From NCBI GenBank assembly GCA_046563655.1, contig CM102285.1:12152001-12216000 (forward strand): a DNA stretch of 64,000 nt, given 5' to 3'. Numbering within the stretch: the first letter of the stretch is position 1; every line of letters begins with the position of its first letter. Source of the DNA: Yuukianura sp. NJ FZ-2021. Taxonomy: Eukaryota. Both the position numbers and the translations under genes were made by a program. Positions 35,101-50,100 of this stretch are shown here, piece by piece. The notes under the pieces are model-generated. The model was given only the letters and a program-made list of their open reading frames with translations. It was not told the DNA's origin and ran no database searches.

Positions 35101-38100
35101 AGAAAGCAATAAATCAAAAATATAATGTCAAAAATGAGCAATTCCTTGCATTATTAGACTAAAAAGTTTGTTTTAGATTTCTAAAACAGAAAAATGCTTT
35201 TGAAAAATGCATCAAATGCTTGTTCAAAAACATCTTTTTGTTTTGCTGTTAATTCTAGTATACCAAGACCCACTTCCACCAACTAAAGTGTTTAAAAAGC
35301 AAGTAAAAGAAACCACTAGCGAGATTTTTCAGTTGCTCTAATTTGAGAACTAAAAGTTGAAGATTGCAAAGTTAGTTCAGCTTGGATTTTGCAATTACTC
35401 AACCCAAATGTTTGTTTAAATTGCTACCCATTTCCCATGACCGAATTTAAAAGTATTCTCAACATACCTTTGTTATAACATCTTTGGCTCTTGACTCGAA
35501 TAAATGTTCCAGTTTTTGTGTGTCCAGTGGTATTGGTTGCAGTTCTTCCCAAATTGACCCAATGTCCTTGACCTTGAGAACTGGCACTGGATCCTCCCTC
35601 ACCTCTTTCCAAAATAGTTTCACTGTTTTCTTCGTTTTCTTTGAATTGTGCTTTGAGACTAAGGCTTCAGTAGAATTGAGACTAGGTTGAGACTTCAGTG
35701 CAATTCCAAAAACAGGCGGAACTGGTGGATTCTTCGGTGGAGCAGGGAATTTCATACCACTAGGAGGCGGAGGTGGTGGGCCAAAACCATTTGGCAATGG
35801 AGGGGGTGGACCAGCAGGAATTCCTTGGTTCATACTCATGTTACAAAGTTGAGAAATTGTATGAGGAGAGATGACATCCAGATCATCCTCTGACTTAAGT
35901 TCAGTGAAATCCAAATCACAGATTTCCAAAGGCCGATTGAGATTACTGACTAGAAAGTCCCAATGGAGCTCATTGTCCGATTTTTTAGTGTCGATAGAGT
36001 GAGCATTGGCAGTAGACGGACCATTGGAGTCTGAAGATGGAGTTGGTTTGATGTCAGCTTTGGACTTGGATTTGGCCAAGCCTTCCTTGGCTTTTGAAAT
36101 TATACCGGAGAGATCTCCTGTTCTGGAAAAGGCTTTGACTTCTTCTGGTGGACTCATCAGACTCTGACTGGCCAGTTTGGTCGTGATGTCTTTCACGGTG
36201 TTCTCCCGTTTGAGTTGTAGTAGATCCCTCTCACTGTCTTCCTTGGACAAGCCACTTGAGAGGTCACTTGATTTACCGTTGACGGCATTTGGGTAAACAG
36301 GGAGAGCCCACGGTCTAGTCTTGATTTCAGGACTGCCAATGGTGCTGTTGATGACATTGTGAACATCTCTCTTCAAACTGGGTGAGCGTCCTAAGGGAAT
36401 CAGCGGTGGGTCTGAATTGATCGGTTCATGACTACTATTGGATCCAAGGTTAAGGTGCTCAAAACCTTGAAATTCACGAGACTGACTTCGTTGGTACTCG
36501 GCTTGTTCTCGTCGTTTCCTCAGTCCCGGCGTTATTCCAACATCATTTGTATCTAGGGCATTCAAAACATAAAATTCATAGATTTTCCAAAAAAAAAATC
36601 TTAGAAAAAATCCTAATAAAAATTGAATCTTACAAGTCTCTTGAGAAAAACCATTGAGGATAATAGGAGAGGACATGACAGATCCAGTGACGCTTGGTGC
36701 TGGAGATGCTGAATGCGTAGAGGACACATCGGAGCTACTCCACTCATCCGAATCTCTCCGAGAGTCATCTGCAGATGAAAGACGTCGAACCATTGGGTTG
36801 TGAAAAGATGATGTGACTGGTGACCCTGACCCGGTTGGGGTCGTTGGCGGGGTCAAATTGAGACTATTAGACGAATGTCGCCTTGACTTCCGCCTGCCTT
36901 TCTTTCCATTTCTTCCGTCGAGTTCAATGTAGCCTTTTCGATTCATCAGTTTTTGCCTAAAAATCAACCACAACAAATTGACTTACAGTTCCGAAGATTT
37001 TAAATTTTTCAAATACGAATCAGTGCATTTTTAGTCTGAAACTCACCTCATACTTTCATCCAGTTCCAACATTATACCCTGCTCACCATCTTCGTGCTTT
37101 AGGACTACTTCGTAGATTTGCAATTGTTGCAACAAGTCTAAATCAGCACATTGTTTCCCCATGTACCTGCCAAGGAAAAATCAATTCAATTAAATATTCT
37201 GTTTACAATGCGAACACAATCGTACCAAAACGCCCATCATATTAGGAAATGCTTTGTGTACTCTTGACCTTTGTGACTTTAATGAATCAATTAAAGCCTC
37301 AAGGCTTCCAAGGGTTGGTATTTCACGCACTAATCGTAACTGCTCTGCACAAATCACAACTTTGTATAATTTATATGTACAAAAAAGGTGTTATTTGCAA
37401 TAGTACTAACCAAATAAATATATTTCGCAATGATGCAGAGAAGTTAAAACCATTTTCATTAGTTTTAAAACGTTTTCTAATTCACAGACACGAATTCTGT
37501 GCAAAGACGCTATCATCCTGAGAAAGCAATTTTCCCTTCATTGTTCTCCTACCCGTTTAGCTTGTCAACTTTTAAATGATTTTCGCACATAAGATTTAAG
37601 TAATTTTTACAATTTGCAGCAAAGTGGTCTCATCTTTACGACTCTAAGAAAATGAGCAATTTAAATAAACTTTTACAAAGTGCTAAAAGTTTCCATTTAA
37701 AGTTTTCACAAGAAGGCCATGAACTTTTGTGTCCTTTAATTCCTAGGCAATCCACGTGTAATTTCTTATTATGGTGTCACTGCTTACGGAAGTATTTCCA
37801 GTATAAGACGATGACTTTCTGTCGACAATTTTGTTGTCACAAGACAATGGAACTTACGTCAGGACAAAAATTCCGACTTTAATTGTTTTAAAACACACTC
37901 TCAGTTTCAAATTAACCAAGTTAGCACAAGGAAATGGTTATGCATTATGATTTTGTGACGACGCTTTACACTGTTTACTTTCGTTCTGAAAACTGACTGA
38001 TGATGACTTGTACTTAAGTTTCAAATGGATCTTCTTACTACTGTTGTTGACACTCCATCATCATCTTCTTGGTATTTTGAACCCAAAAAGATCCATTCCT

Positions 38101-41100
38101 CCCTAAGTAAATAGCATTGTCTTAGTCAAGTCTCAACAAAGTCTACGTTGTCTACTAAATTAGTACTGATGGTGTCACTTTTTTAGAAGATCTAACTTTA
38201 AGGGGAGTGACGAAGGGCCTGTAGGCCACCAATTTATTCAAGAGAGCTCTCTACCTAAATTACTTTATTTCAAGAACTTGAGAGGACTTGGTCCTCCTCT
38301 CGAGATGGTGGCAATTGTTGGCCAAACAAGTTTAGATTATCAAGTACTTTGGACTCCTTCCCTCCCTACTTCATGGCCTGCAGTTGTCGACCAAACGAAA
38401 AGCGCATCTTCAAAACAGTTTTCTAATTTTAAAACTCAAGACTTTACAACACTTGACCATGCGCCATGAATTTTTCCTCCTTCATTTAAAACTAGACTAG
38501 CTAATTGCAGTTCCCTCATTAAGTGCCTTCGTTTTCATTCATTTTCATTGCAGGCAGGTTGCATTCTTATGAGGCTCTTAACACCTAAGGACATGGGTGT
38601 GATTTATGCACTTCCAAACCTTGGTTTTTCCAATCTGCAACTTAGGTTAAGGTGTACCTTGGTTTTCAAAAATTTGTTCCAAATTGTGCTTACTTTTGAA
38701 CAAGCGTTGCCATTCCTTGTTCTTCCAAGGCATCCACATTGTCGTAGTAAGTGTCGATGTCAGGAATTCCGTTGAGGACTTTATTGACTAGCGTCATGGC
38801 ATAGACGAGCAGTTCCGTGTCACCCGAATCATCATGAAGCAGGCTCATGACGTTTGCCCACGGTGGGACTCCTGTAACAATTCAAAGGGAGAAAATATTA
38901 GCAAAACATTTGACATAAGTTTCAGGATGAGCAGGGTCATTTAGTTTGTATGGAAGTGGGTTTTGGTCTGCGTGTGGCTTCAATTCAATTGTTCTTGGCT
39001 CTGTGCCTACCTACTTAAGACTAAACTTTTGGGCTTGATTAAGTAATTGTCATTATGAATTTTTCATATTGTTTGGTACCTCTGACAGAATCCACAGTAG
39101 AAATGGCTTCAACTAAAAGTAGGCAATTTGTTTCAACGTAATCGACGAAAACTAGGAGAAGTTTGAGAGCTGTTTTCTGGACTAATCGAAATTTGCTAGC
39201 CACTAAAGCGTAAAGCCATTGAACTGTTTCGTTGTGCCTCATGACCCCATACATCCCATCAATGTACAGCATAATCTGTCCCAAAGCTGAAAAAGAAACA
39301 ATCAAAATTTCAAAAATTAGAATCCTACATCAAAATTTCAAAAATACTAGATTCAAAAATATCGCAAAAGTATTTCAAAAATTAACCACAACAGAGTATC
39401 AGGCAAGAGTACTGACCTAAAATCTCCCAAGACATTGATTTTACAATTTCATAATGTATTTCACTGCTGTTGTTTCAATTTTCGGAATTTCTAAAAATCC
39501 AATGCGATACTACTTCCAAAATACTAAATTGGTTGTCAAAAAAAAAGTTCAGAAAAAAAGTTGTGTCAACTAAAATTCAACATCATCGTTTCGTTTTTAG
39601 ATTCTAGTCAAGATTTGACCGGCAACTTGACAGTTCTTAGTACATCAAAACTGTGTGACAACAGATCACGACTGTCCTCTTTGTCCTTTGATGGTTTTTC
39701 TCAGGGCAAAGGACCTTGTCAGTATTCTTACGACAACATAAAAATGTTTGCGCTGAACATAGCCTTCACCACTGCATAACACATTGTTCTCTAAACACTA
39801 AAAAGTTCAATCTTTTAAAAAGTTACCTCTGAGAATGTAATTTTGATAGTTTTGATCCGCCTCTGAGCCAACCTTGATGAGACAAGAGAGTCCCCCGTTC
39901 TCAACAAACTCATGAACCAAGTCTTTGTCCTCCTAAAAACAACAATTCATAAATTACATTTCATAAATTAAACACAAAGTTCATTGCTTGCAAGCACATT
40001 CAATTCCATTATTGTCAAATTTCAATTTTGTAAGCAATTCCATTCCTCCTTTCATCCTTCTTGGAACTTAAGCCGCCAGGATATTGCCAAATTGAAATTC
40101 ATTTTTGTCAAGAGCCCTTGAAAAAGGAAGTTGCGCTTCATTTTTTACAGGTCCATTGCACCTTTTAAGTCATAAATTGCATGCACACAAGTCAGCAAGA
40201 AATGAAACAAAGGAATTGCAAAGTGCAGATTGACATGATATCCTCCTGTGCCTGGAAGTCGCCGAAGTTGTGTGGAGAAGCCAAAATTGTTTTCGTGGCC
40301 CTGAGAGCTTACTTTTCGCTAAAAAAAATTTTAAGGGCTCTTCGTTCTCTATAATTGAAAACCTTCCAAGAACTTTTTGTTGCAGATCTTACCAAGAAGA
40401 AAGGGTTGTAAAACCTTGTTAAGTATAGCCTTTACGCGCAGAGACGCATCACATCTTAAATTATTCCTTCCAAGAACAATGGAATAGCCAAAATCTATCC
40501 TTCTCGTCTTAAAGACAAAAGAGTTTGCACGGAAAAGGCCAAATCAAAGGCGCAAGACGCTTTTCAACTTTTGCCAAGTTCTTAAACCCCTTTGCCGGAG
40601 CCCTTACAAAAGAATGGACTGTTTAAGTATTAAGTTCTCACCTGGAAAATTTGTTTGAGTGAAAACAGGGCCCTTCGCAGTTCTCGTCCATCGGCCGTAA
40701 GGAGTTTTTCTAAACAAGAAAAAAAATAAGCATCTTTAGACTTTTAGAAGGAAGTTGACCATATTTTACAAAAAGACAAACAATGAACAATGGATACTTC
40801 CAAAAAGTGGGTCCATTGGACACACAACTTAAAATGACTTTCCGTTTCCTTTTGATTCAAAGAATCAGAAAAAAATTAAATTTAAATCCGAACCCGGCCT
40901 ATTGTAGACACGTCCGTGTCAAATTGTTACCAAGTTTCTTGTGACACGGACTTAGGGCGGTGGTTGTTAGTCTTTTGACGGAATCAGGATTTAACAAGGC
41001 AAAAAATTGGAAACCAACAAAATTTTAGATACAAAAAAAAATTGTCGAAATTGGCAATTTGTAATATCGACTGATTGTTATAGAGAGTGCTAAAGAGTCA

Positions 41101-44100
41101 CTTCCGTGAACAGTTCTCAAGACCGTTTGAAATTGAAAAGTGACTTGGTTGTCAACTTTTGTTTATTAAAGCTCGTGTTGATGAACGAACTGACCTTCCA
41201 TTCCACATTGACTTGTATCAACATTTTCAACTTCAGAAAAAATTAAGAGGGGGAGAGGCACTAAAAGTGTCAAACTAATTTATTATTTTACCTTTCTTTT
41301 TGTTCATCCATCCTTAACTTGACTAATTTCTCCAAAAACTTGATTTACTTAATTTATCTTCTAAAGTAATTCATATTGACTTTTTAAACAAAAGAAACAA
41401 TTTTTTGAGTACATTTGATTTACAAAAGTTAATAAAAAGTTTAATAAAGTTAAAAGTAAAAGTGAAACAAGATACAACAAAAGAAAAAGTTTTTCAAAAG
41501 ATAAAGATTTTTTATTCCTCAACTACTTTAGCCTTTTACTTATGTGAAAATAAATTGTAAATGTCAAATGCATTTTGTAGGTCAAGGGAGGTAGACCCTT
41601 GCTCCCTTATCCTGTACGATAAGGGATCAGGATCATGAATTGGCAAATTACTTTCCGTTTTGTTGCAATTTCTACACTGCAAGTTTTTGCACATTTATTT
41701 AATTATTTGCAGTAATATGGCAGTAATTGCACTCTCAATCCTCATTAACTTGTTTGTTATTAAACTTAACCTTTGTCAGTTTTCGCAATTATTCTCCCCT
41801 CATAAATCTAGAAGCCAAATGTCATCCTGTGAGAACTTTTTCTAATAAAATTTTCAAACGTAGTATATAATTTCTGTTTAATCAAAAATTTACTTTGACA
41901 TGTTCACTGTTATAATTTTCATTGCATGTTAAAATCATAACAGAATTTTTTACCTTCCTCTTTTTTTTTTATAACTTTTTCTAAAACTTATTTTCCCATT
42001 TGCAAAATGTTTCATTTTTTCTCACAACAAAATTACTGACTTAAATTTTTCAGAAATGGTTCAATTCCTTTTGTTGATGTTTAGTGTAACACACGACTTG
42101 GAAACTAAATAGCTAATGGAATGTGTTCGTGGAAAGTTTCCCACACAGTGGAATTATATTTTAGACAAAATTGAATTATGAAAGCAAAAGAACTGAAAAC
42201 CCAAAGCACTTTTCCGTGACTACGTTTTTTTGCACTAAATAACCCAATTTTCATGTACGTAATAAGGAACTTACCGATAATTGCATTGACTCGGACAGGA
42301 AGTTGACCACGGAGTACGATAGAGTTTTTCCGGCTAAAAACAATCAAAATCAAATCAAACTTTAGTATTTTTTCACAAACTTTCAGAAAACAGAACTAAC
42401 TTTAAAAGAAATCAAGAATAGCGAACTGAATTTCTTGTAATGCGATTAATCAAGTTTTGACCTTTCAAAATTTTATAATTGATGGGCCCCGTATGTCCAA
42501 ATTGAAACACTTCCTAAGCCAAAATCTCAGATTTTGACAGAAACAAGCCTTAAGGATAAATTAGTTTATTCAATTGTTTTCAAATTCAGAATTTATTTTA
42601 CTCCCATTACGTCCTTAAATAGTAAGTTCAATGTCAAACGAGGTTATGCAACAAACAGGTTTATTGCATCTGCTCCAGTCATTTCAGCCATTTTCCTACA
42701 CAAGTTACCACGTCCCTTAACATGCAATTCCTGCAGTAACAATCCCTTCATCTACTTTATTAGTTTCCTTAAAAAGCAGAAGTAAGATCTTCTGCCCTTG
42801 TCAAACAACAATGCTACCAACTTCTTCCCTAATTCAACAAAAATCCGCAGTTTTTGGGAAGGAAAAGTGCAGATTTGTTCATTTTCTGCGTGGGAAAGAG
42901 ATTATTAGTACAAAAATTTGCTCAAAATTATGCGGGGCCCACTGAAGCTTGATACACCACAACTTCCGAGTGGGTTGAGAAAGATTAATTCCAGTTTTTG
43001 GGCAACACGAGCCTCCACAAACCTCAAAGACCATAAGAACAATGCACTCTACCTTCACCAAAAATTTTTTAGCAGAATGTTTCTTCACCACGACCAGAAG
43101 CACAGCATGAAGTCTTTGCTAAAGGTAACAAAACTTTGGTTTTACAAACTTATTACATAAGACTGCAATTTTCGTAAAAATGTTGAAAAGGAATCTTCCA
43201 GATTCCTCAACGTGCAGTCAAGTTCATGAAAAAGAAGAAGACAGATTCTATATTTCCTTCATAAATTGCACATGAAACTGGTAATCATTTTTCCATTCAT
43301 CAAGGAAACACCTCATTACTCACAACTTCCAAAAAAATATAAATTTTTTAACACAAAATCTTTCGTACCCAAAAAAGCTCGAAAATTTAACAAAAACTCC
43401 CAAGCTTCTTCCAAGTTCGTTGAAAACGAAAGCATTGACCCTAAATTCAAAAATCAGAAGTGCGTATCCACCTACAAAGATTTGGAAGCACGATATGCCG
43501 TTTTTGGTTTTTGCAAAAAAAGGAACGTGCCTCCCCCCATGAAGGTTACGTTTTTCTTGTTTTATACCATAATGCATAAGGAAGGTTCAATTAAAACATG
43601 ATCATTGTAATTAGAAATTGAAATTATATTGTTCCGCCTCTTTACCTAGTTTAAGTTAAAGCAATTTTCTTAATTTAACACAATTAACACATTATAAAAA
43701 ACTCAAAAATGTGTGAAAAGAGAAAAATCAAGGTAAAAGAAAATGAAAGTTAACCCAAGTAGCACAAAAATGTTGAATTTTAGTTACAGTTGCAATTTTT
43801 TCAAGACAATTTTTCCGCGACAATTCTTTCCCCATAATTTTTTCATTGGTGCCACTTTTTCAGTGCAAATGATAAAAAACTGCCTAAGTTCTCGTCAACC
43901 TTGACCCGTGCCTTCATAAATCTTTGACTTTTTGGATCTATCTTCCAAGTCCTCGAGAACATTGACACTTATTCTTCTGTCACGGTCCAGGGAGACAAGG
44001 CTCTCATTATCATAAAAGCTACAGATTCAACGTTAGGCGGAACACCATAGGTGAACCCTCCCTTTCCACCTGTAAACCATCTTGCTTCACTCTATTATGC

Positions 44101-47100
44101 AATATTCTAAGCCCTAAGAAACGAGTACAAAGACTTTGTCTTGCTTTTTGATCTGTAAAAAACAGGATCCAAAGTCCTTGTACACGGAGAAGAAGATACT
44201 TTTTGGAAACCCACGCACAATTTTTCCTGGACGCGGACTGCGGGCAATGGTCTCTTGGAGCCACCACTTTGACTTACAACTTCAGCTCCTGTCTGGTGTC
44301 TTACTTTACAAAAATTTACAAAAGTTGTCACGCAATTTCCTTTCCGAAAGAAAACTAGTTTCAAAGGCTTTACGAAAATCTGTCTTTCCAAAACAGAAAA
44401 AAAACTTGGAATTATGGAAAAATGACCTTCTTCGTGGTTTGTGCTTACATTTTGAGCCTATGACATGCTTCACTTTCCTGCTGTTTTGATGATGCTTGAT
44501 TACCCTTGGCTTGGCACAGAGTGCTACTAGGCACCGCCGCGGTGGTCTGCCTTTTCGTTTGACGCTGTTGACAGGCGGCGACCAAAATCGGAATCCTCGA
44601 TTTCGTACTTCGATTTGGTTTCTTCGCGGCCTGTTTCTCTGGGTTGTTCATGTTCATTTAGGCTCGCTTTGACAGTCTACTTTGTTACAGTGATGGCAAT
44701 TTGATTTGGTTTAGCTCAAAAATGTTGTTACAGCAGTGACCGTGGCGGTTGTGAGGTTAGAGTCCTTTGACCTCGGCGGTTACATCAACTAAACTTTTTT
44801 TTTCATCTTCTTCTGCCAACTCTTTGCCGTATCCTACTTCAATTGTCATATTGCACAAGACCAAGGACACACAAGTTGGTTACACTCTCAAAAACTTGGC
44901 AAAATTGAAATTAAAAAACATTTCCGCTTAAACTCATTGCCTGATTGCCGCTTGTCAATGAAAATTGGAAATGAGAAATTGGGCAATTGGAAAATGTAGG
45001 CAAAAGGCCAGAAACTTAACATTTAAAGACAAAGTGTAGTGGGCTAGGGCAAACAACAAGCCTTCTTAACACCTTTTGAAAATTGAAACTTGTATGTTTT
45101 CTTGTCTCTAAACTTCATTGGACTTGACCACCATGAAGTCTCTAATGCTGTAATGTGTGTAAGAAGGCTTTCCTAAGAAGTATTGTTCCTGACAAGATTA
45201 ATATCTTTGATTTCAATCTGTCACTCACAACAGTCACAGTCACAGTCACGCTGTTCAGAGCCTCTTACGTCAAAAAATTTTTTGAAGATGAAAAAAAAAT
45301 CCATAACCATGAAATCTTGCTCTTAACAAAGGAATTCAAGAATTCAACACTTCCACTTTCCAACAAAAGTTGCAGAAATTTCTGCCAAAAAATCTTCCTT
45401 TCTGTTCTCAAAATGTTGAAGAGATGAGCAGAATGAGTGATGAGTTTTGTAAGGAATTACACGAGGCAAAAGCGAATCACTTTACAGGATTTTGATCTCA
45501 AATCTTCAAAAATCTTCCTAAAATTCAAAAATTTCTCTCACTTTTCTCCACACTTTTAAATCTTCCTTGCAAAATGGGAGCTTTTGAGCCAATAAAAACC
45601 AAAAACCTTGTTAAACAAAGAAGCAAACAGAGGACAGATTAATTAATAGTTAGTTTAACCAATCCGTAAAAGTAGGTTAACTCATAACGCATAAAGCTCC
45701 ATACTTCATTTTTCTTGCGGTTTTTCATGAATCTTTCAAATTCCAAACCCCTTTCCCATTTTTTCCAACACATCTCGTGTTAATTTTCTCAAAGAATTAG
45801 TGTTTTGCTTTGCCTTAAAAGACAATTGAATCCTGCTTATTAGGCAAAAACGGGACTTTGGCTTCACTTCTCTCTGCTTGTGTACATTTTTCTCTGGCTA
45901 TCCTAACAAATAATGTAAGCAGAAAAATTGTCTTGAGAAAATAGGCATGTCAAATTCACATTCACAAGGATGAGCACAAAAAGAGCTTCATGATTCATGA
46001 ACTTAAAGTTCCACTAGTAACCCAATAAGATCCTAACCACTGATTTCACAATTTAAACTCAGCATTTTCTTCCTTTTTCGCACAAATTCCTTCCTAATAG
46101 CCTTGAGAGAGTAAACTTGCAGAGTGCAAAAAGTATTTGCGAGTCAAAAGGTCAATGGTCAACGGTTTGTTCCTTCCGTTCCTGTAACTTTGTGCACAAT
46201 ATTGTGACGCTTGAACATGTATATGACTTGAACTTTTCAAATTCAGCAGAACTTGATTTCAAATGTAAGCCGATAGCCGTAAGAGACAAAACACAAAACA
46301 GCATGACTCTGACTCTTCAAACTGTTTTTTTCAATTTCAATGTATCAATTCCTATTGTTCTTCTTAACTTTACGCTCTCAGAGATCTGAATGTCACCCTA
46401 GGAGGTTTTAGCATTATCCTAATTACAGGAACAACAGGAATCATACAAACTATGTTCTATAACTTATTATAATAATGTATTATAATAACTTTTTCATTGT
46501 CCCATTGACTTTTAGAACCTCAACCCTATGCTATAAACTGCTTTTTGAGCCAGATCGGATGCAGAGTCGTGAACAGGCCATCGCTGTGATCGTGTTGATG
46601 AATTTATTAACTAGAACAAACGCTGAATTTTACAATGAAAAAGGTGACGCTAGGTCCGTGAGTCACAGGGGAAGCTATATCCTTGGGCCACAAAAATCTA
46701 AATAGTCCTCAATGAATTTCAATTAAGTCCAAAATTCATCCTGTACTACACCAATTCCGTTACAAATTTCATCCCCTCTTCAACAATACACCTCTTTCGC
46801 TAATAAAACCTTGGATAGACTGTTCATTACAAAATTCACAAAATATGAAAGAATTCGACTAAATTTGGGAAATTTTCAGCCCCCAAAAGAAAGTTTTAGC
46901 CAAATTATTCCAAAAAGAACTCAAAAGTTGAATAATGTGGGACAGAAAGGAAGCTTTAAGCAGTAGTTTTAAGAAGCACCTTCTCCCTAGTTACAACTTG
47001 TACAAGACTTAATTATGCTTGCACGACATCAGACGAAATGATCCCCCGAAGGAACCTCAAAAAACCACGAAGTTATGACATGATGGAAACTTCGTCTTAA

Positions 47101-50100
47101 ACAACTTGTCTCTCGTAACCTCATGTTATTAAAAACTTGGCCCACTTCATGATTAAAAGCTCCAATTTTTGAATTATCTTCGCAAAAATTCGCTCAAAAT
47201 TTGCTCAACTTTTGTTAATTTTTTCAAAAAGCAACAATTTTTTTACGACCATTTCTCATTTGTGAAACCTCCCTGAGCAAGCCTAGCCTTTTATTCTCTG
47301 ATGATTGAAAATTGAACTGTCCAGAGAAGAATTTCAAGGACGATTTTTTCCTCTAATCTTTGAATTGTGAAATGACTTGTTTAAGGAAGCGGACAAGAAA
47401 TTTCTCCATAGAATTGCACAGAATTGCATTTGAAAACAAGGATAAGAGATGATGATGATGACCCCTTGTTGCATGAGAAGTTAGTGCTTGAGGTTATTAC
47501 TCGTTTGGTGACTTTTTGAACATGGGAGAAACAAGGTATAATAATTTTCAAAACCAAATTCATAAGTGGACAGTGGACATTGTAGTGAATTGGAAGAGAC
47601 ATTTCCATTAAGTGCCACACCCAACGTGTCTAGACAAAAAGATCTTAAAGATCTCTGCTCAAAAAACAACAATTGATTCACACTTCCCTGCATCTTCAAC
47701 AGTTTAATTGAATCAAAATCTGTTAACTCTGACTCCAACATAATCTAATGGGCTCCCTTAATGAATGGGGGGCCCTTAAACTGCAATTAAGGTCAACCTA
47801 AGGTCAAGTATACCTTGAACTTTGCTTCCTACGGAAATAGTTACTCCCTTCCTCTTCAAGTTCGAAATTTCAAAGTATAGCATTAGAGGAGGTCACACTT
47901 CGGTGACCGCCGCCCTATACACTTCCCAGGATTCTAAAAAATTCAATTGAGAACCACAATATCACTGATCTTCAAATGTCATCTTACGAAGATCAGACGT
48001 AATTTGCAACAACAATGCTCATGTTCCTAGCGTTGTCACTTCCTTGACAAGAGTTCATTATCCAACATTTCCCTTAACACAGGCGGCCTTGGTCCAATAA
48101 ACATCAATATTCCTTATTCACTACCTTCATTAACTCCCTAACCAAGAGCTGCAGAGTCATCGACATCCAAAATCCATTGTTCTTTCAAAAAAAAATCATA
48201 AATTCAAAAAATCATTCAAAAATTCAGTAATTTTCGTAAGATCCGTTCCATTTTGGCCCGCTTGACCTTTCAAAAGCTCAAAAAAGCTTACACTTACGCA
48301 TGATCTAACGAGAATGTGCTTATGTCTCTTATGCATTTGGAATTTGGCAGCCTTGGAATTGTCATTGTCATCAAATCACAAGTTGTGATTCACAACTAGA
48401 GCTGCTCAAAAATCGTACGATCATTTCTGGATCAGTTGACACGTCAATTGTTTGCATTGTCTACTTCTATAAAAGTCTGTCACAGAAGATGTCATGTCCC
48501 AAATCAAAAGAATGCGAAAGACGTTAGACATGGAACATTGAGCCAACAAATTGTCAACTACGTTATGAAATCTTTTCGACAAAGGTGATTCGCGTGTTTG
48601 CCCTTTCCAAACTATACTTCGGAGTTCTAAAAACCTGCGTTAAGCTTACGTTCTACAAACTCAGAGTTCATCTTGACGTTTCCGCAGAAAAAGTTGTTCT
48701 AAAAAAACTTTGTTCTAAACAAGTTTCTTAGAAATGAGGCCTGAACATAAAACAACTTCTTGAACCCAGCCTCTCCGCACGCAACTTTAGTCTCAGAATT
48801 AAAAAATTGGCAAAACATCCTTCCTTTCGCACTTGTTTGGCTACTGGCTCCTGACGCTGCTGCTGGATTTATGATCAGGGTTGAACGCAACCAGACGAAA
48901 CGCGCGTACTCAAAAATGTTGTAAGCACAAAACTCGTACTATTGCGGTCACGCACCAAAAGAGATTTGTTATTTGTTTAGCGTAATTTAGACGCATCGGT
49001 ACAGGGAGGTAGGGCTCTTACGAATTAATTTACATTACATTACGACATTACGCCAGGGATATTAACCGGAATTCTACACAGAACAATAGTTTAAGTCTCC
49101 TCTATACTCATTTCCTAAACTCTCTTTTCAAAAACCTGTTTTTTCAAACTTCAAACTCGGAAAAAGTAAATCTTCAAATCCCTACGCAAAGTAGAGAAGA
49201 TTCTTCCTGCTACGAAAAGTTTATTTGTAGGAATTCATCTCTCAAGGCATTTCAAAAAGTTACAATCTAACTCGTTTTGTTTAACCTAACCTAATGGATC
49301 TCATTTAAGTTAAGGTTAATCCACCATCACAAACTTAGTTGTTGGTGGCTCTCCAAAAACCCGCCTTCATTGACGCTCTTGGGCCAAACTAATTAATCAA
49401 CATTTTTGCACAACTTTTTTTCTCTTCCCTTCCATAAAACGTAACTACTGGAAATCATTTCCGCAATTTCCCTCATTACCCCAAGTTGCAAAATTTCAAT
49501 TCTCAAGTTGCAAATTTTTGCAAACTCTCCCCATTAAGATTTCCCATATTAAAACACTATAAAAAATCTCGTTCATTACCACTCTCCAAATGAGCTTGAC
49601 TTTTTAGGGTGCGAAATAATTGCAAAAAATCGCAATCCATGAGCTCCTTGAAAACATTTCGCATTTCGTTTTCAAATTATGATCTGTTGTATATAAAAAT
49701 TCAATTGATTTGTCGAGTACGTTGAACTGGTCAGGTAATAAAGAAGGAAGATTAAAAATTCTCATTAATCTCACCTTGACTTTTCAATGTTCAAAACTTT
49801 TGAATCAAAAGGAACAAGTGAAACAATACACGGCTATTTTATATTATTATCTTTCATAGTAATAACAAGAAGTGCTATGATCAGTGGCACTTATTGGGAT
49901 AATAGAAACTTCAATTAATTCAATTTCCATTTAAATATCATCTTCAAAATGAGTTTATAGCATGTCCAAGGATGCTCAATGATCACTGCTCATTCAGTAG
50001 CATGATTAATCGTTATTTTCAAAATCCATTGACCCATCAATTTTCGAAATTTTGAAATCACACTTCGACAGCGCATCATCATCTCTAAGCTAAATAGTAC

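Noticed and set aside
40912..41630. Short intronic hairpins (GTCCGTGTCA/TGACACGGAC at ~40912-40951; TCCCTTATC/GATAAGGGA at ~41603-41626) as miRNA or Helitron ends
   Set aside because: The 9-10 bp stems are too short for a pre-miRNA, and no supporting element termini were found.
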